From Octopus vulgaris (Eukaryota), in the NCBI GenBank assembly GCA_951406725.2, contig OX597827.1, forward strand, positions 80,042,001-80,106,000: a DNA stretch of 64,000 bases, written 5' to 3'. Shown here piece by piece: positions 24,746 to 37,510 of the stretch; positions within the stretch are counted from its first letter, which is position 1; each line of letters begins with the position of its first letter. The notes under the pieces were generated by a model that had not been told where the DNA came from, searched no databases, and was given only the letters and a program-made list of their open reading frames with translations. The translations under genes were made by a program, and so were the position numbers.

Positions 24746-25112
24746 AGAGAGACTGACATAGAAATCCTTAGAACAGAGAGGTTATATTAACAAAATATGG
24801 CTGATGTTGTTAATGTGTGTAACTATAAATCCTTCATATAATATTTTAAGATGTGAGTTTAAGAAGATATTAAAGGAAAATGGCAAAGTAAATAAACTGT
24901 GTCAAATATATTTGCAATGTTTCTTTGGACTTGTAAAAATTAAAGGTTTTAACAGAAAAAGAGATTCAAGGAAAGAATTTCAGATTTCGTTTTTGGATCT
25001 GGTTTGCAAGGTTCTTTGTGTGAATTGTATTTGTAAATTTATTTTTGTATTTTGGTATTTAGAAAGAAATGAAATTTGCTTGATCTTAGTGAAACTATAA
25101 TTGTAACCTGAT

Positions 25113-25234
25113 TTAACTGGCAACAACATCTGGTGTTGAAGGTAACTGTCTCTCTGGAGGTTTCACATATCTGTCTTGGTAATGGTCTCTCTCACTGGTG
25201 CTTGATACATCGGGTGGGGCACCACCATAGATTC
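25113..25234 (-). CDS. PCDH: Protocadherin G4 terminal exon B (GIYGGAPPDVSSTSERDHYQDRYVKPPERQLPSTPDVVAS*)
   Basis: Acceptor TATTTCAG, phase 1, TAA at 25115-25113. Confidence 0.83.
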
Positions 25235-25364
25235 CTGAAATACAGAGAAATACAAAGTTTGAGTTAAAAAATAACTAAAATGCATGATAATATTTTTAAG
25301 CTTATAATAATTCTACTTGTCATTCCGTTACTTAGCCCATCAGTAACGGTTTCACATGATTAGA

Positions 25365-25800
25365 GAAAAAGAGGGAGAGAGAGAAAAGACGGAAAGAGAA
25401 AAAGAGGGAAAGAGTAGCATCCATGGTGTGAGGTAAAGGGAATGTAAAACATTTTACATGATTAGTTAATGGGAAAGAGAGGAGAAAGAAAAATGAAAGA
25501 AAAAGAGAGGATAGTGCAAAGAGATAGATAGAGGGAGAAAGAAAAAGAAGGAGAGAAAAAAAAGAGGGAGAGAGAAGCATCCATGACATAAGGTCGGGGG
25601 AATGTAATATTTATTATGTGATTAAAAAAGTTAGCTGAAGGTAGTGATGATATAGAGGAGAGTTAAAAATATAATTATAGCAGAGGGGTGATGTTCTGAT
25701 GGTGAGATTAAAGAAAGGCAGAGAGAAGAGGGGAGAGAAAGAGAGAGGAAGGAGAAAGAGAGATGATGGAGAAAGAGAGGGGGAGAGAGAGATGATGGAG
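25365..25800. repeat. GA-rich low-complexity tract
   Basis: Purine-rich runs with a short internal duplication (agcatccatg...gggaatgtaa). Confidence 0.6.
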
Positions 25801-26565
25801 GTAGTGATTGGATAGTGATAAGTGTATTTTTATTTGTAATTGAACTAAGATTTTTTTATATCATTTTATATCACTTAACGCATAAGAGCAATTCTGTGAA
25901 ATATTCATGCTTATTTTTGCGGCAGATATATGCCATTTAACTGAAAGTCATATTATATGTATGGGATATTTTCATTTTAGTTTATAGGGGATATTTAAAA
26001 ATGAGAATGAATATTTATTTAAGAGTGCTGTATATTAAGTCTATAGAATTGTGAATAAAATATATAAAGTGTGTATATAAAGTGCATTAAGTAGTCATTG
26101 CATTCCAATTCCTTTCACTCTTCAATGATTAGCAGATGAACAACTATCTTTTGATACAGACGCAACACAAGCTGCACTTTCAGGGTTTTTTAGATAACGT
26201 TTTCAAAAATAACTCAATAAGTTTGCCATTAATTCTGCGATATAATCACAGGTCCTGTTAGTACATATAATACCACATATAAACAATAACACAAAGAAGG
26301 ACGAATTAGCAATGAGAATGAAAGAAGGCTTTAGTCTTTGGTTATAAATCTGTTCCCCCTGAGGATATATTATAGATATTGAAGCAACCCCAGAATTTGA
26401 CAGGTGCTTATTTCATCAAACACAAGAAAGGTAAAGTTGATCACAACATTTAAACCTGGAACATACAGACCCATAAATACCATAAATATTTTGTTTAATA
26501 TCTAATTATTCTGCTGTTGCATACAATGGTGATGATGATAGTAATAAGAACAATAATAGCCTTAC

Positions 26566-26719
26566 CTGACATTGCTGGTATTTCTTCATACTGTCTGCTT
26601 GACCGCTCACTCCAGCACTGTCCACTGCTCTTACGACTGGTCAATGTGTCAGTGGGATAGTTAGAAGATGGTCTGTTGTCTCCATAAGATGTCACCTCAA
26701 TGGGTTGGCTGTATTTCTG
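26566..26719 (-). CDS. PCDH: Protocadherin G4 tail exon A
   Basis: 154 bp, CACCAGCAG acceptor, GTAAGG donor. Confidence 0.85.
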
Positions 26720-27527
26720 CTGGTGACAAAACAGAACATTATATAAGCATAAATGCATTGTCAACTGCCAGGAAGAGTTTACATCATCTCCGATGGGAAT
26801 CTAACAACGTTATATAATATGAACAGTCAGAATCAAATGTTGATTACATCTGGGATAAACAACCACACGATATGATACCTTCATCAACAAAACCTAACTT
26901 TATAAATAACACACGTGGTTAACCAGGTACATTTTAGAGATTGTAATAGTTTGACACATAGTCAACATGCTTGAAGCATAAAACACTGGACTCTGTTTTA
27001 GGACCAACACATTATCCATTATTTAAGACTAAACAGAAAAGACAACAAAAGGAAATCTGAATAAACTAAAATCATTCATGTGTACAAACGGTTTGAAAGT
27101 GGAATACGTTGGTTTGCAATGAGAATCAGGATACGCAGAACCTTCCTCAATAACTCCCAACACAGGCTATAACTACATCACTCAGAACTTAGAGCTTATT
27201 TCATCATACACAGATGATGTAATTCGCTATAAAGTAAGGGAATTTCTAAATTAACTGAAAGAATAAAAGATTAAGATATTATTTCTAGGAGAATATTCAG
27301 GTCACATGTATTTTGCTATTAAACAGAAGCTTCAAGAAAATAGATTGAAATGAAAATTGTTCTGCAGTATCATTTATATAATTATATTATTGTAATTGTT
27401 CTATAATTAATCTGGTGTTGAATGATATAGAGTTATGCATAGAATTCTGCTTGCAATTCAGAGTTACTATTTACTTCAGGTAATGTCTAAATATTAAGAA
27501 ATTAATTACAGAATGTTTAATACTTAC

Positions 27528-29904
27528 CTTTGTAGACTTTTGAAGTGTTCTGCTCATTGTTGATGTCTTCCAGTCTTCAGGATAGTAATGGCTCCTCGAA
27601 TGACCATATCTGTCTGTCATCTCTCCTCGATTACCTGACATCACAGGTACACTGTTGTTACCTTGATAGATCAACTGTCTCATCTCATTGCGACATTGGT
27701 ATGCCTGTTTCTCTTCTGCTGTTCTTTCAGATGAGCTATTTCTCACATTGTTACATCTCACAATACACAGGGTTATAGAAACCACAATAGCTATAGATAC
27801 TATCACAGCTGCTACTACAATGATAATCAACAATGTCGCATCTATTGTGTTATCACTTGGTAGGTGCACAGCTGTGAACATTGGTGACGTCTTGTTACTA
27901 ACAGTCAGTGTCAAAGACACACTAGTTGTTGCTGACAGAACTGGAGTACCACTGTCTTTCACAACAAACTCAAGCTCATATGATCCGGCATCATTTTGGT
28001 AAACTGTGCGAGAGTAAGATAACACACCAGTGAACGAGTCCAGTTTAAATAACTGTCTCTCGTTACCTGAAACGATTTCATACCTGAGAAAAGCATTCAT
28101 GTGACTGTCTATATCAGATGCTTTCAGAACTGTGATGTCGTTCTTACTTTGTGGATGATAGTGGACATTAAGAGTGAAAGGGTCAACACTAGGAAATGTA
28201 AAATATGGAGCATTATCATTTCTATCCAATACTTCCACTTCAACATTCACTGTGTTATTCAGAGATGGGCTTCCATTGTCTTTCACAAAAACCTCAAACT
28301 CATAGAAATCTCTGTGTTCTCTGTCTAAAGACTGGTTTGTTGAAATAAAGCCAGAGTTGATAATCTGGAATGGCAGACGATATTGCTGTTTATTTCTCAG
28401 AGAATAAGACAATTCACCTCCCTTACCAATATCTGGGTCTGTAGCATTGATAAAGCCAATAGGGAAATTAGCTTTGTCATTCTCATAGGTAAGGAACTTG
28501 AATGTGTCTTTCGTAAAGTGTGGTTCTACATCATTCACATCCAACACTTGGATTGACAGATCTTTATCAGTTTTCAGAGCAGGTAATCCTTTATCTTCAC
28601 ACGACACAGTAAAGTGATAATGTTCCTGTGTCTCTCTGTCTACTGCTTTCTTTAGAACTATTTTATATTCCTTCGATCCCATTGACTGTAGTTTGAATGT
28701 GTCGTCTTTGATATGACACTTCACCTGTCCATTGTGTCCAACATCATTGTCAGTGACCATCACATAAGCAATGAAACTACCAACTTTGATGTCTTCCAGA
28801 ATGGTAGCTGTGTTGTGATTCTGTGTAGAAATAAAGTTCACATCAATATTTGGGTGATTGTTGTGTTGGTTGATGACAGTTACCATAACAGTTGCTATGG
28901 AACTGAGAGGAGGGTTGCCCCCATCTCTGGCTTCAATATATAATTTAAATGTTTCTTCATTAAAGTTTGTATTCTTTGAGAACAATATTTCTCCTGTGAT
29001 TTTATCTAACTTGAAATATTGTTTGTTTTTCTCGAGTGTCTTTGGACTAAAATAATAAGAAATCTCTCCATTTTTACCGATATCCAGATCTTCAGCTGAT
29101 ACAATAACAACAGCTTTGTTTTTGTCTTGTGTTTTCTTTACAGAAATGTTGTATAGTTTTTGTTGAAATACAGGTAAATTATCATTTTCATCTTGAACTT
29201 CTATGTTTACCTTTAAAATACTTTCTTTGGATGGACTTCCTCCATCCTTAGCAATGACTTCCAGACTATAGTGATCTTTCACTTCTCTATTTAATTTACT
29301 TTCTAGAACAATCTCTAGTCGAGATATTCCATCAGCTCTTTTAGAAACTAATAATGAAAACATTTCCTCATTGTTCTTTAAATGATAATTAATTACACTA
29401 TTTAAAACTCCAACATCTTTGTCAATGGCATTTGGAATGGACTTTTTCATTCCTTCTCTGTCTCCTTCTCCAAACTGCAAAGTGATTTCCTTCTCTGGAA
29501 ACTCAGGTTGGTGGTCATTGATGTCTTCTATAACTACTTTAATTTTCAAGATTTTCAAGAAGTTTTTTTTTGTGAACAGCAACTTTAACTTCCTGGAAAC
29601 ATTCCTTTTCAAAAGTACAGAGGGCTTCAGCATCCAGTGTTTGTATTGTGTAGATTTTCCCACTTTCAGAAACATTAAATATCTGTGTTCCTTTAAGTTT
29701 CAGTTGATTAAACGTAATGTGACCAATGTCTCCAGATGGCACTACGTCTTGAAACTGTGGATCAGCTGTAATGTCTCCAACAAATGTATGTGTGTTTGTC
29801 TCTTCCTTTACCTTGTAGATTAAATTAAAACTGAGACAGCAGGGGAAGAAGAAAGTTAGCAAAACTGAAAAGCTCAACATATTTTCTTTTGTCAGTGAAA
29901 ACAT
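27528..29904 (-). CDS. PCDH: Protocadherin G4 large exon, frameshifted in an A9 run (assembly error or pseudogene)
   Basis: ORFs 29539-29910 (signal peptide, EC1) and 27471-29675 (rest) join at the T9 run 29563-29571; exon starts 29927, ATG 29904 or 29880, donor AAG|GTAAGT. Confidence 0.85.
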
Positions 29905-30164
29905 TGACAAAAACCAAACAGCAGATTCTGAAATATAAAAATGGATTTAGAATTATTTGTTTGTTTTAATAACTCAATATATAGAAACTGAATTCTGTTA
30001 TAATTTTATAAAGTGATTTGTGTCAGACATATATTAGTAACCATGTGGAGATTAAAATGAAATATCATCATCTTAGATTGACAAGCAAAGTCATAATCAC
30101 AACTAGTTGACAGCTTATGAAATCTTTTCCAATAAGATATTGATTTCTTACATAAGTAAAAGGC

Positions 30165-30320
30165 CTTGACCCCAGTACTTGACTGGTACTTCTTCTATCT
30201 GCGACATAAGAATGAAAGAGCGAAGGTCAATCTCAGAAGGATTTGAAGTCGGGAGCAGAAAGGTACACAACTAAACACTACAAAGTATTTCGTGAGTCAA
30301 TCTACAAATTCCGTCCATTG
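30165..30320 (-). mobile_element. SINE family 1, diverged
   Basis: ccccagtacttgactggtactt...aaggtcaatctcagaaggatttgaa. Confidence 0.5.
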
Positions 30321-32573
30321 CAATAAGGTGATACATTTAATTAAATATATCTAATTAATTATAGCAATTGAGTGAACTAAATTGGTTGATATATTGCGAC
30401 AAAAACTTAGTTTACTAGCAGAGGAATGAGAGAGAGAAAGAAAAACCAAACAAAACATTAAACACTCCCCACAGGACATGAGAATCTGAACATTTATTGT
30501 CTGCAATTCTACAGCAGAGTTTGACAAGATGATGTATTCTTACACTATTAAAGTCAATTTCATCTAATTACATTGTCTCACTTATTGTAATTCTTATGCA
30601 ATTAACTGGAGGATGCAATTAAAGGAAATCACAGTTTGATAAACATACAATTTTATATACCAGTGATATATCTTTCAGTAATGAAAGCTTCTTGGCAAAG
30701 GAAAGAGTCTATAGGATATTAAATTGATTTTCTATAACATATAAACAGTAAGAGTCATTCATTTACTTAGAAACACAAATCATAGTTCTAGATATTTTAA
30801 TATAGTGAAAATAAATATGTTATTTCCAGTAAAGATTATTTGTTGTGAAGCCTCTATCAGTTTTGACTCAACATGTAGCTTGTTGATCTAAAGGGGTCAA
30901 ACACTCACCTAATTGAGGACCATGCATTTTGGTGTATATATATTTGTTTTGGTTGATATTGCTTATTCCTCAAATCAACTATGATCCAATAGGCCTACCA
31001 TTAAAGACATTCCAGTTGTGACCATCCTCTTGCCAGATGTGTCTTGCCATTTTTAAGATAGTGAAGCGTAATAGGAAGGAGATTTAGCTGCTATTTCTAG
31101 TAGGTCTAATAACAATGTAGAAATTCCATCATTGACATTCAGTGGTTTATTGTATGGAGTGCAATGCAACAGTCTGGAAATATTACCGTTGTTCCAGTGT
31201 CCATTATATTCCTCCAAGTTCTGGTGAGGCCAATCACATGAACTTAGAGTTTGACTGTGATAGGTTTCCTATACAGCTTTGCTGATGCATCTCAACAGTG
31301 TTTGGGATTAAAGAGGTTATTGGTTTCACTACCATCTTTGGTGAAGGCGTCATTTGTGTGTATCTGGGATAAAGCAGGAGTATAATGTGCCAAGAATGGT
31401 AGAGTCATGGTTTTCTAGAGTTTTGTAGATGTGTCTGGGTGTTTGAGAATGATGGAACATGTAATAGCTTGCAACAATAGTAAACTGTACTCTTCATGTG
31501 TCCATGAAGTTTTAAATGTAACTGACTTATCAAAAATAATAGCCAAATCTTCCTCAGAATTTCCTTGTCCTAAGCAAGGAATATGGCTTGAAAATTCAAG
31601 TCCAAAAGGTAATTTGCCTGGAAAGAAGACAGCATGGTTATGTGTGGAATGTCAAGTGAATGTTTTTCTAGTTGGACATTTTTATTTGAAATATTACAAG
31701 AACTATGTTCTGGTAATATCCATTGTACCATCACTTCCTCTGGGAGAGAAATACACAGATGTAATTGACAAGTTAACCTTAATAAATAATCTTCTTATAA
31801 AATCTTACGCAAGCAGTGTGACACTTCATAATGAAAGTGATAAGCCAACCTTCTTCGTATCGTACATTAAATGGCATGTAATTACATTGAATTAAAACAG
31901 CTGAAAATTTATAATTTCTGAAATATATTCATTTGGTTGTTAAAATTAATTTGATAGATTTAATTATTATTTGCAATTATTAAAAATATTTTTAGCAAAC
32001 AGAAAAAAATATATTTACTTCACTAATAAGGAAATACATATAAAAAAAACCCCACATATTTTCTATGCCATCTTACAATTATCAATGATAAACAATTTCA
32101 AAACATTCTTTTAAAACTCTATCATCATTGTATTTGTAATAAACACGACAATAATCTTATAATATCATTATATGAACATAAAAGGTATATCAAATATTGA
32201 GGAGAAAGTATGAAGTAAAACAAACTGCTATAACTTTCTCTATTGATTATCTTTTTATAACAGACCGGCCATTTTATATAAAAATACTGCAAAGTCTACA
32301 ACAGAAACCTGACAGTACTCTTGAGAAAAAGATTTTTTTTAATATTTTAAAATGCTGAAACACAAGATGTTATCATACAGGCTTCTATAATATTGACATA
32401 AACAGAATCTAAGAATGAATTACATAATAATGTATAAAATGAAAAATCTTCACATAATGTTTTCTTTTCACAATTCCTAAAAAGAAAAACGTTTTACGTT
32501 TAAAATATATTTATTTCTCATTGATAATACAAGAAATACAAAAAAGAAAACGAACAAAACTGAGACTACTTAC

Positions 32574-32900
32574 ATTCATTGTGCATAAAATCCTTTGTTG
32601 TATAAACTGTGACTTGGTCCCAATGTTCTGTTGTTAATGGTTGTCTGTGTCACTGCTGCTATGGTGTGACAATGGCTTCATGTTGATGGAATAGTGTTGG
32701 TGGTGAGTCAGTGGGAACCAGCAGTTCCCTCTCACTCTTCTCTGTGGATGGGGGATGTTTAAAGCTGTGTGACTGTGTAAGTGCTACTTCCAGCCTAAGT
32801 CAGGCTAGATGTATTTTCTCTCAGTGTGAAGTAAGAGAAACAATATCAACTCCTCTAATAATTTTACCTGATAAGTCTAGATAATACGAACATGTCAGAT
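32574..32900 (-). promoter_or_regulatory. Conserved leader exon/promoter cassette (probable exon 1 of G4)
   Basis: Invariant core 32574-32735 and donor ATGAAT|GTAAGT; upstream part more diverged. Confidence 0.6.
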
Positions 32901-33426
32901 ACAGAAAGAGTTTAATTGAAATATTTTAACTTTAAAAAAGAGGATATGTTATAAGAATATATTGCTAAGAATTTAAGAAGATAATAAACTCTATCACAGT
33001 TAACGGATATTTGACCTACATTTGCAGTAATTCCCAATTCTCTCAATATTCTCCCAATTAAAGAAGGAAGGATGGCAAAAATATTTTTAATACATCTTTA
33101 TTTACAAAAATTTATGATTATCCATCATTATAATCAAAAGTCTTATTGAGAAAACACAAAAAGATATTTTAACATTAGATATATAAAAACACTTTAAAAT
33201 TACAAGGTTACTTCAACAGAAAGAGAAATTATAATTATTAAGGACTGTAGATAAGTGAAGTTTATGATACAGAATAATCAATGTCAGTTTGTTGACAAAG
33301 GAAGCTAAAGTCTTGGGGAAAATATTTAATGTGTATTTGGTAAGGTGTGTTTTGATGTTGTTGGTGTTGTTGTTGTTGATTGAGGACAGTCTTTAAATGT
33401 TTCAGTCTTTTAACATTGATCAAGTG

Positions 33427-33551
33427 TCAGTTAAGTATTATAACATCTGGTGTTGATGGCAATTGTTTTTCTGATGGTGTTACATACCTCTCTTGGTTCT
33501 CTTGCAGCTCCTCACTACATGTCGATGTGTTGGCCTGTATACCACAAAGCC
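33427..33551 (-). CDS. PCDH: Protocadherin G5 terminal exon B, divergent (GLCGIQANTSTCSEELQENQERYVTPSEKQLPSTPDVIILN*)
   Basis: Acceptor TTTTGCAG, phase 1, TGA at 33429-33427. Confidence 0.8.
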
Positions 33552-33643
33552 CTGCAAAACAGCAGACAATAGAAAACATGGAGCAATCCTTAATGTACCT
33601 CATATAACATCAAGACTACAATTGAAAAATAGCCCTTCTCTAC

Positions 33644-33779
33644 CTGATGATACTGCTGGTATTTCTTCATAGTGTGTACTTGACCCTTCACTCCAGCACT
33701 GTTCACTATCTTTATGATTGCTCAACATGTCAGTGGGGTATTCAAATGATGTCACTGCTACCGGCTGACTATAGTTTTG
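33644..33779 (-). CDS. PCDH: Protocadherin G5 tail exon A, divergent (QNYSQPVAVTSFEYPTDMLSNHKDSEQCWSEGSSTHYEEIPAVSS)
   Basis: 136 bp, acceptor TTTCACAG, donor CAG|GTAGAG, phase 0 to 1. Confidence 0.8.
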
Positions 33780-34199
33780 CTGTGAAATAAATAATAAAAT
33801 ATGAAATATTAAATACCAGATCAAGTATATTATTTCAATTGAAAAATAGCAAAGAGTTAAAGGATTTCAGAAGAATATTTAGAAAAAAAAACCCCAGATA
33901 ACATTACTTTTAGTCCAGGTACAATTAAAACTGCTAAAATATTTTTAGTTAATCTATAATGTGTTTGTAATGTTTAATAGTTGTCAAGTAGTTTTACTGT
34001 AATGTCACATTCTTTGATGATTGAGACCACACATGTAGATAATCTTATTTAGTATATCAGACTCAGCAGAGATTTTCATCATGAACACTTCAAGTATTTC
34101 ATATTAAAAGAAGAAAAACAGAGTTTCAGTTGATATGTTATAAATAATCATTTCTAATATTGTTACAAGCTCTGACTTTAGGCAGAGAACACAGATGGA

Positions 34200-35520
34200 A
34201 TTAATTCAATCCTGATATTTGATTGGTACTTATTTTATTTGCCCCTAAAGGATAAAAAGAAAAGTTAACCCCAGCAGAATTTGAACTCAGAACAAAGACT
34301 GTAAGTCATTTTGTTTGATACTTTACTGACTCTGATGTCCAGCACCACCACCACCACCATCACCATTATCATCATCATCATCATTTTAATGCCCACTTTC
34401 CCATGCTTGCATGGGTCAGATGGAGTCTATTGAGATAGATTTCTACAGCTGGATGTCCTTCTTGTTACCAATCTTCACATGTTTCCAAGCAAGGTGATAT
34501 TGGTTACAAATTTTGGCACAAGGCCAGCAATTCTGAGGAAGGGATTAAATCTATTATTTAATCACATCCTGTGTTTAATTGGTAATTACTTTATCAACCC
34601 CAAAAGGATGCAAGGCAAAGTCAACCCCAAAAGGATAAAAAGCAAAATTGACCCTGAAAGGATGAAAGGCAAAGTCAACCTCAGAGGAATTTTGAACTCA
34701 GAATGTAAAGACAGACGGAATGTCACAAAGCATTTTGCCCGGCACAAAAACGATTCTGCCAGCTCACCTCCTCCATTCTTGCAGAATACTGGAAATGAAT
34801 CACTGTCATGTGATGTTAACACAAGGAGACATAAACATGCGTACACACACACACATGAAAGGCTCCTTTCAGTTTCTGTCAACCAAATCCACTCACAAGG
34901 CCTTGGTTCGCCCATGGCTATAGTAGATGACACTTGCCCAAGGTGCCACACAGTGGAACTGATCCCAGAACCACAAGTTTCCAGCTACAAGCCAGGATGT
35001 AAACTTCTTGCCTCATAGCCATGTCTGTGTCTATTGTCCATTACCCTTCTGAATAATAACACTACTACTACTAGTAGTAGTAGTAGTAGTAGTAAAGGCC
35101 TGAAATTTGGATGGAGGGGACAGTCAATTACATCGACCCCCAGTGCTTGACTGGTACTTGTTTCATCGACCCCAAAAGGATGAAAGGCAAAGCTGACCTG
35201 AGTGGAATTTGAACTCAGAACATAAATACAGATGAAGTGCTGCATAAGTATTCTGCCTGGTTTGCTAAAGATTCTGCCATCTCACCATTTTGCCAGAAAA
35301 TAATAAACAATCTTTTCTACTCTAGGCACAAAGCCCAAAATTTTGGTGGGAGGGAGCCAGTTGATTAGATCGACTCCAGTACACAACTGGTACTAAATTT
35401 ATCGACCCCAAAAGGATGAAAGGCAAAGTTGACCTCGGCAGAATTTGAACTCAGAACATAAAGACAGACAAAATACTGCTAAGCATTTCACCCAGCCTGC
35501 TAATGTTTTGCTGCCTTAGA
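34200..35520 (-). mobile_element. Cluster of adjacent SINEs (family 1 at ~34200-34330, 34500-34780, 35095-35290, 35315-35520; family 2 at ~34860-34990)
   Basis: Repeated gaccccaaaaggatgaaaggcaaagt.gacct...gaatttgaactcagaa; one copy has a ~27 bp unit triplicated at 34590-34690. Confidence 0.75.
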
Positions 35521-36259
35521 AAATAATAGGAAGTGAATTCAAAAATAGATGTAGTAATAGTGTAAGGTACACAGGGTGATTTGCACATATTGTAATTGAA
35601 GGTCTCTCAAAACTGAGACAAATATTGAAAAACTGATATTTACTCCCTGCCAACCATTTTGTGGTTGTAACATTATAAATAACAAAAAAAAAAAAACGAA
35701 TGTAAGTTGTGAAGTTTTAAAAACCCAAAACTTCTTAATTTATGAGAAACTGGGCTGATATGATCTTTGATTTTTTTTTTTTTTCTAACCTTTAAGTCAG
35801 AGGAAGAATAGCAACATTCATGACTTGTTCTCTGGGCCCCAAGAATGTTGGGAGGAAGGTCTGCGATAGCATTTGTGTCATGTCTCTTCATACTGGAGAC
35901 CCAATACAATTTATCCAGCAGAGTGGACTCGACTAAAGATTCTGAAAAGTCATATTGAACTGGGTAATGAACAAGATCTACCATCCAGGAACTGTCTGTA
36001 TAACAAACTCATACACACTTCCTTTCTACTACATTTCACTCAGAAGCTTCTGAGATAGAAACTGCTTGATTCAATAGAGAACCATCTGGACACAAGACTA
36101 ATTAGGAAACAATAACAATAATCTTATTAATATTCTTAATAAAATCTGTCAGTAATTGTAGTGTATCAAGTTAGAAATAAAATAGTTTCACTGCAGCTTT
36201 GTAGAACATTCAAAAAGTCTATGGCAAATGTAATTTGCATGTGAGAAAACATCAAAGAC

Positions 36260-36672
36260 ATTATGAAGAAAGGCTGAAGACGCTCGCCCTTTATTCTCTA
36301 GAAAAATGACGATGCCGTGATGATCTCATTCTTGCTCACAACATCATAAGCAGAAAGTGTAACCTCTCGAAAGAGCTGTTCTTCACTCCTGCTCCAGAGC
36401 GTCAGCTGCAGGGTCATTCCGAAAAGCTCTATCTGCGATGATTTCATCTCAATCGAAGGAGAGGGGCTTTCTTCGTCCGGGTTGCGGATCCGTGGAACAA
36501 GCTGTCAGACAAGATGGTGAAGATGCCGACAACCGCTCGGTTCAAAGTCTCCCTTGACACAAATAGCCTGAACTCTTTGCATGAACACCACCCTGTACAT
36601 AACTCCATGTCCTCCTAGATGGCCTTGCTTTTTGCTTTTTGAGCCAAAAAATTAACTTAACTTAACTTAACT
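36260..36672 (+). mobile_element. 5'-truncated CR1-clade LINE with (AACTT)n tail
   Basis: Translation LYSLEK*RCRDDLILAHNII...LQGHSEKL...RRGAFFVRVADPWNKL...FKVSLD; ends in aacttaacttaactt. Confidence 0.75.
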
Positions 36673-37044
36673 ATCCCATAACCTTGACTACAATGAGCTT
36701 CAAGATTATAATACCAAAATCACAATCTCCTCCTTGATGACCTCTTTCTCTCTCTCTCACTCTATCCATCTATCTAAATAATAGTGATGCAGCTCTGTAC
36801 ATTGTGTATGTGAAATACAGTGGTGTAACATGGCACACAGTCAAGTACATGGTGCCACAAACATTCAAAATACTGCAATCATTAAAGACACTGTTTCATA
36901 TAAGATTTCATCACCTGTAGCTATGTGCAGAAAGGTTTCACTTATCATATATGCTGTTCTCTCTTATTGTCATCGCTGCAATAATGCTGAGGTATTCTTC
37001 ACGTTGAAAAATATGCTGACATAAAATCATTTCAACATTTGTAC

Positions 37045-37248
37045 ATTCTGTTGTGTCTGGGGAGAGTCATTTTCTTTTTGTGCCTTGTAATGTAACACAC
37101 TCACCGGTAAAATTTCCACTTATTTCTTATTTTTATAAAAATTAAAATTTAAATTAAAAAAAAAAAGAATATAGTGGAAATTTTACTGGTGAGTGTGTTA
37201 AATTATAAGGCACAAAAAGAAAATGACTCTCCCCAGACACAACAGAAT
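37045..37248. repeat. Inverted repeat with ~85 bp arms
   Basis: attctgttgtgtctggggagagtc...tttccact / agtggaaa...gactctccccagacacaacagaat. Confidence 0.85.
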
Positions 37249-37510
37249 ATGCTTCAAAACACGAACTCATATAAAGAATCTTGCAAACCAAATCCAAAAA
37301 CGAAAGATTTGTACAGATTGCAGGAAAATAAAAACACATTATTATCAGGTAAATATCATCAGTCTAAACATTATTTCTACAATCAAGCTGGATACCTTTC
37401 ATTTGAGTTATTTCATTCAAGCAATGTGTTGCAAAGCTAAAATGAACATGTTAAAGCTACTAAAAATAGAGAACAAAAATCAAAAAAGTGTGGTACATTA
37501 ACAAACTTAC

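Noticed and set aside
29563-29571. Programmed -1 ribosomal frameshift at A AAA AAC
   Set aside because: Restoring the frame needs +1 or -2, not -1, and no paralog shares the site
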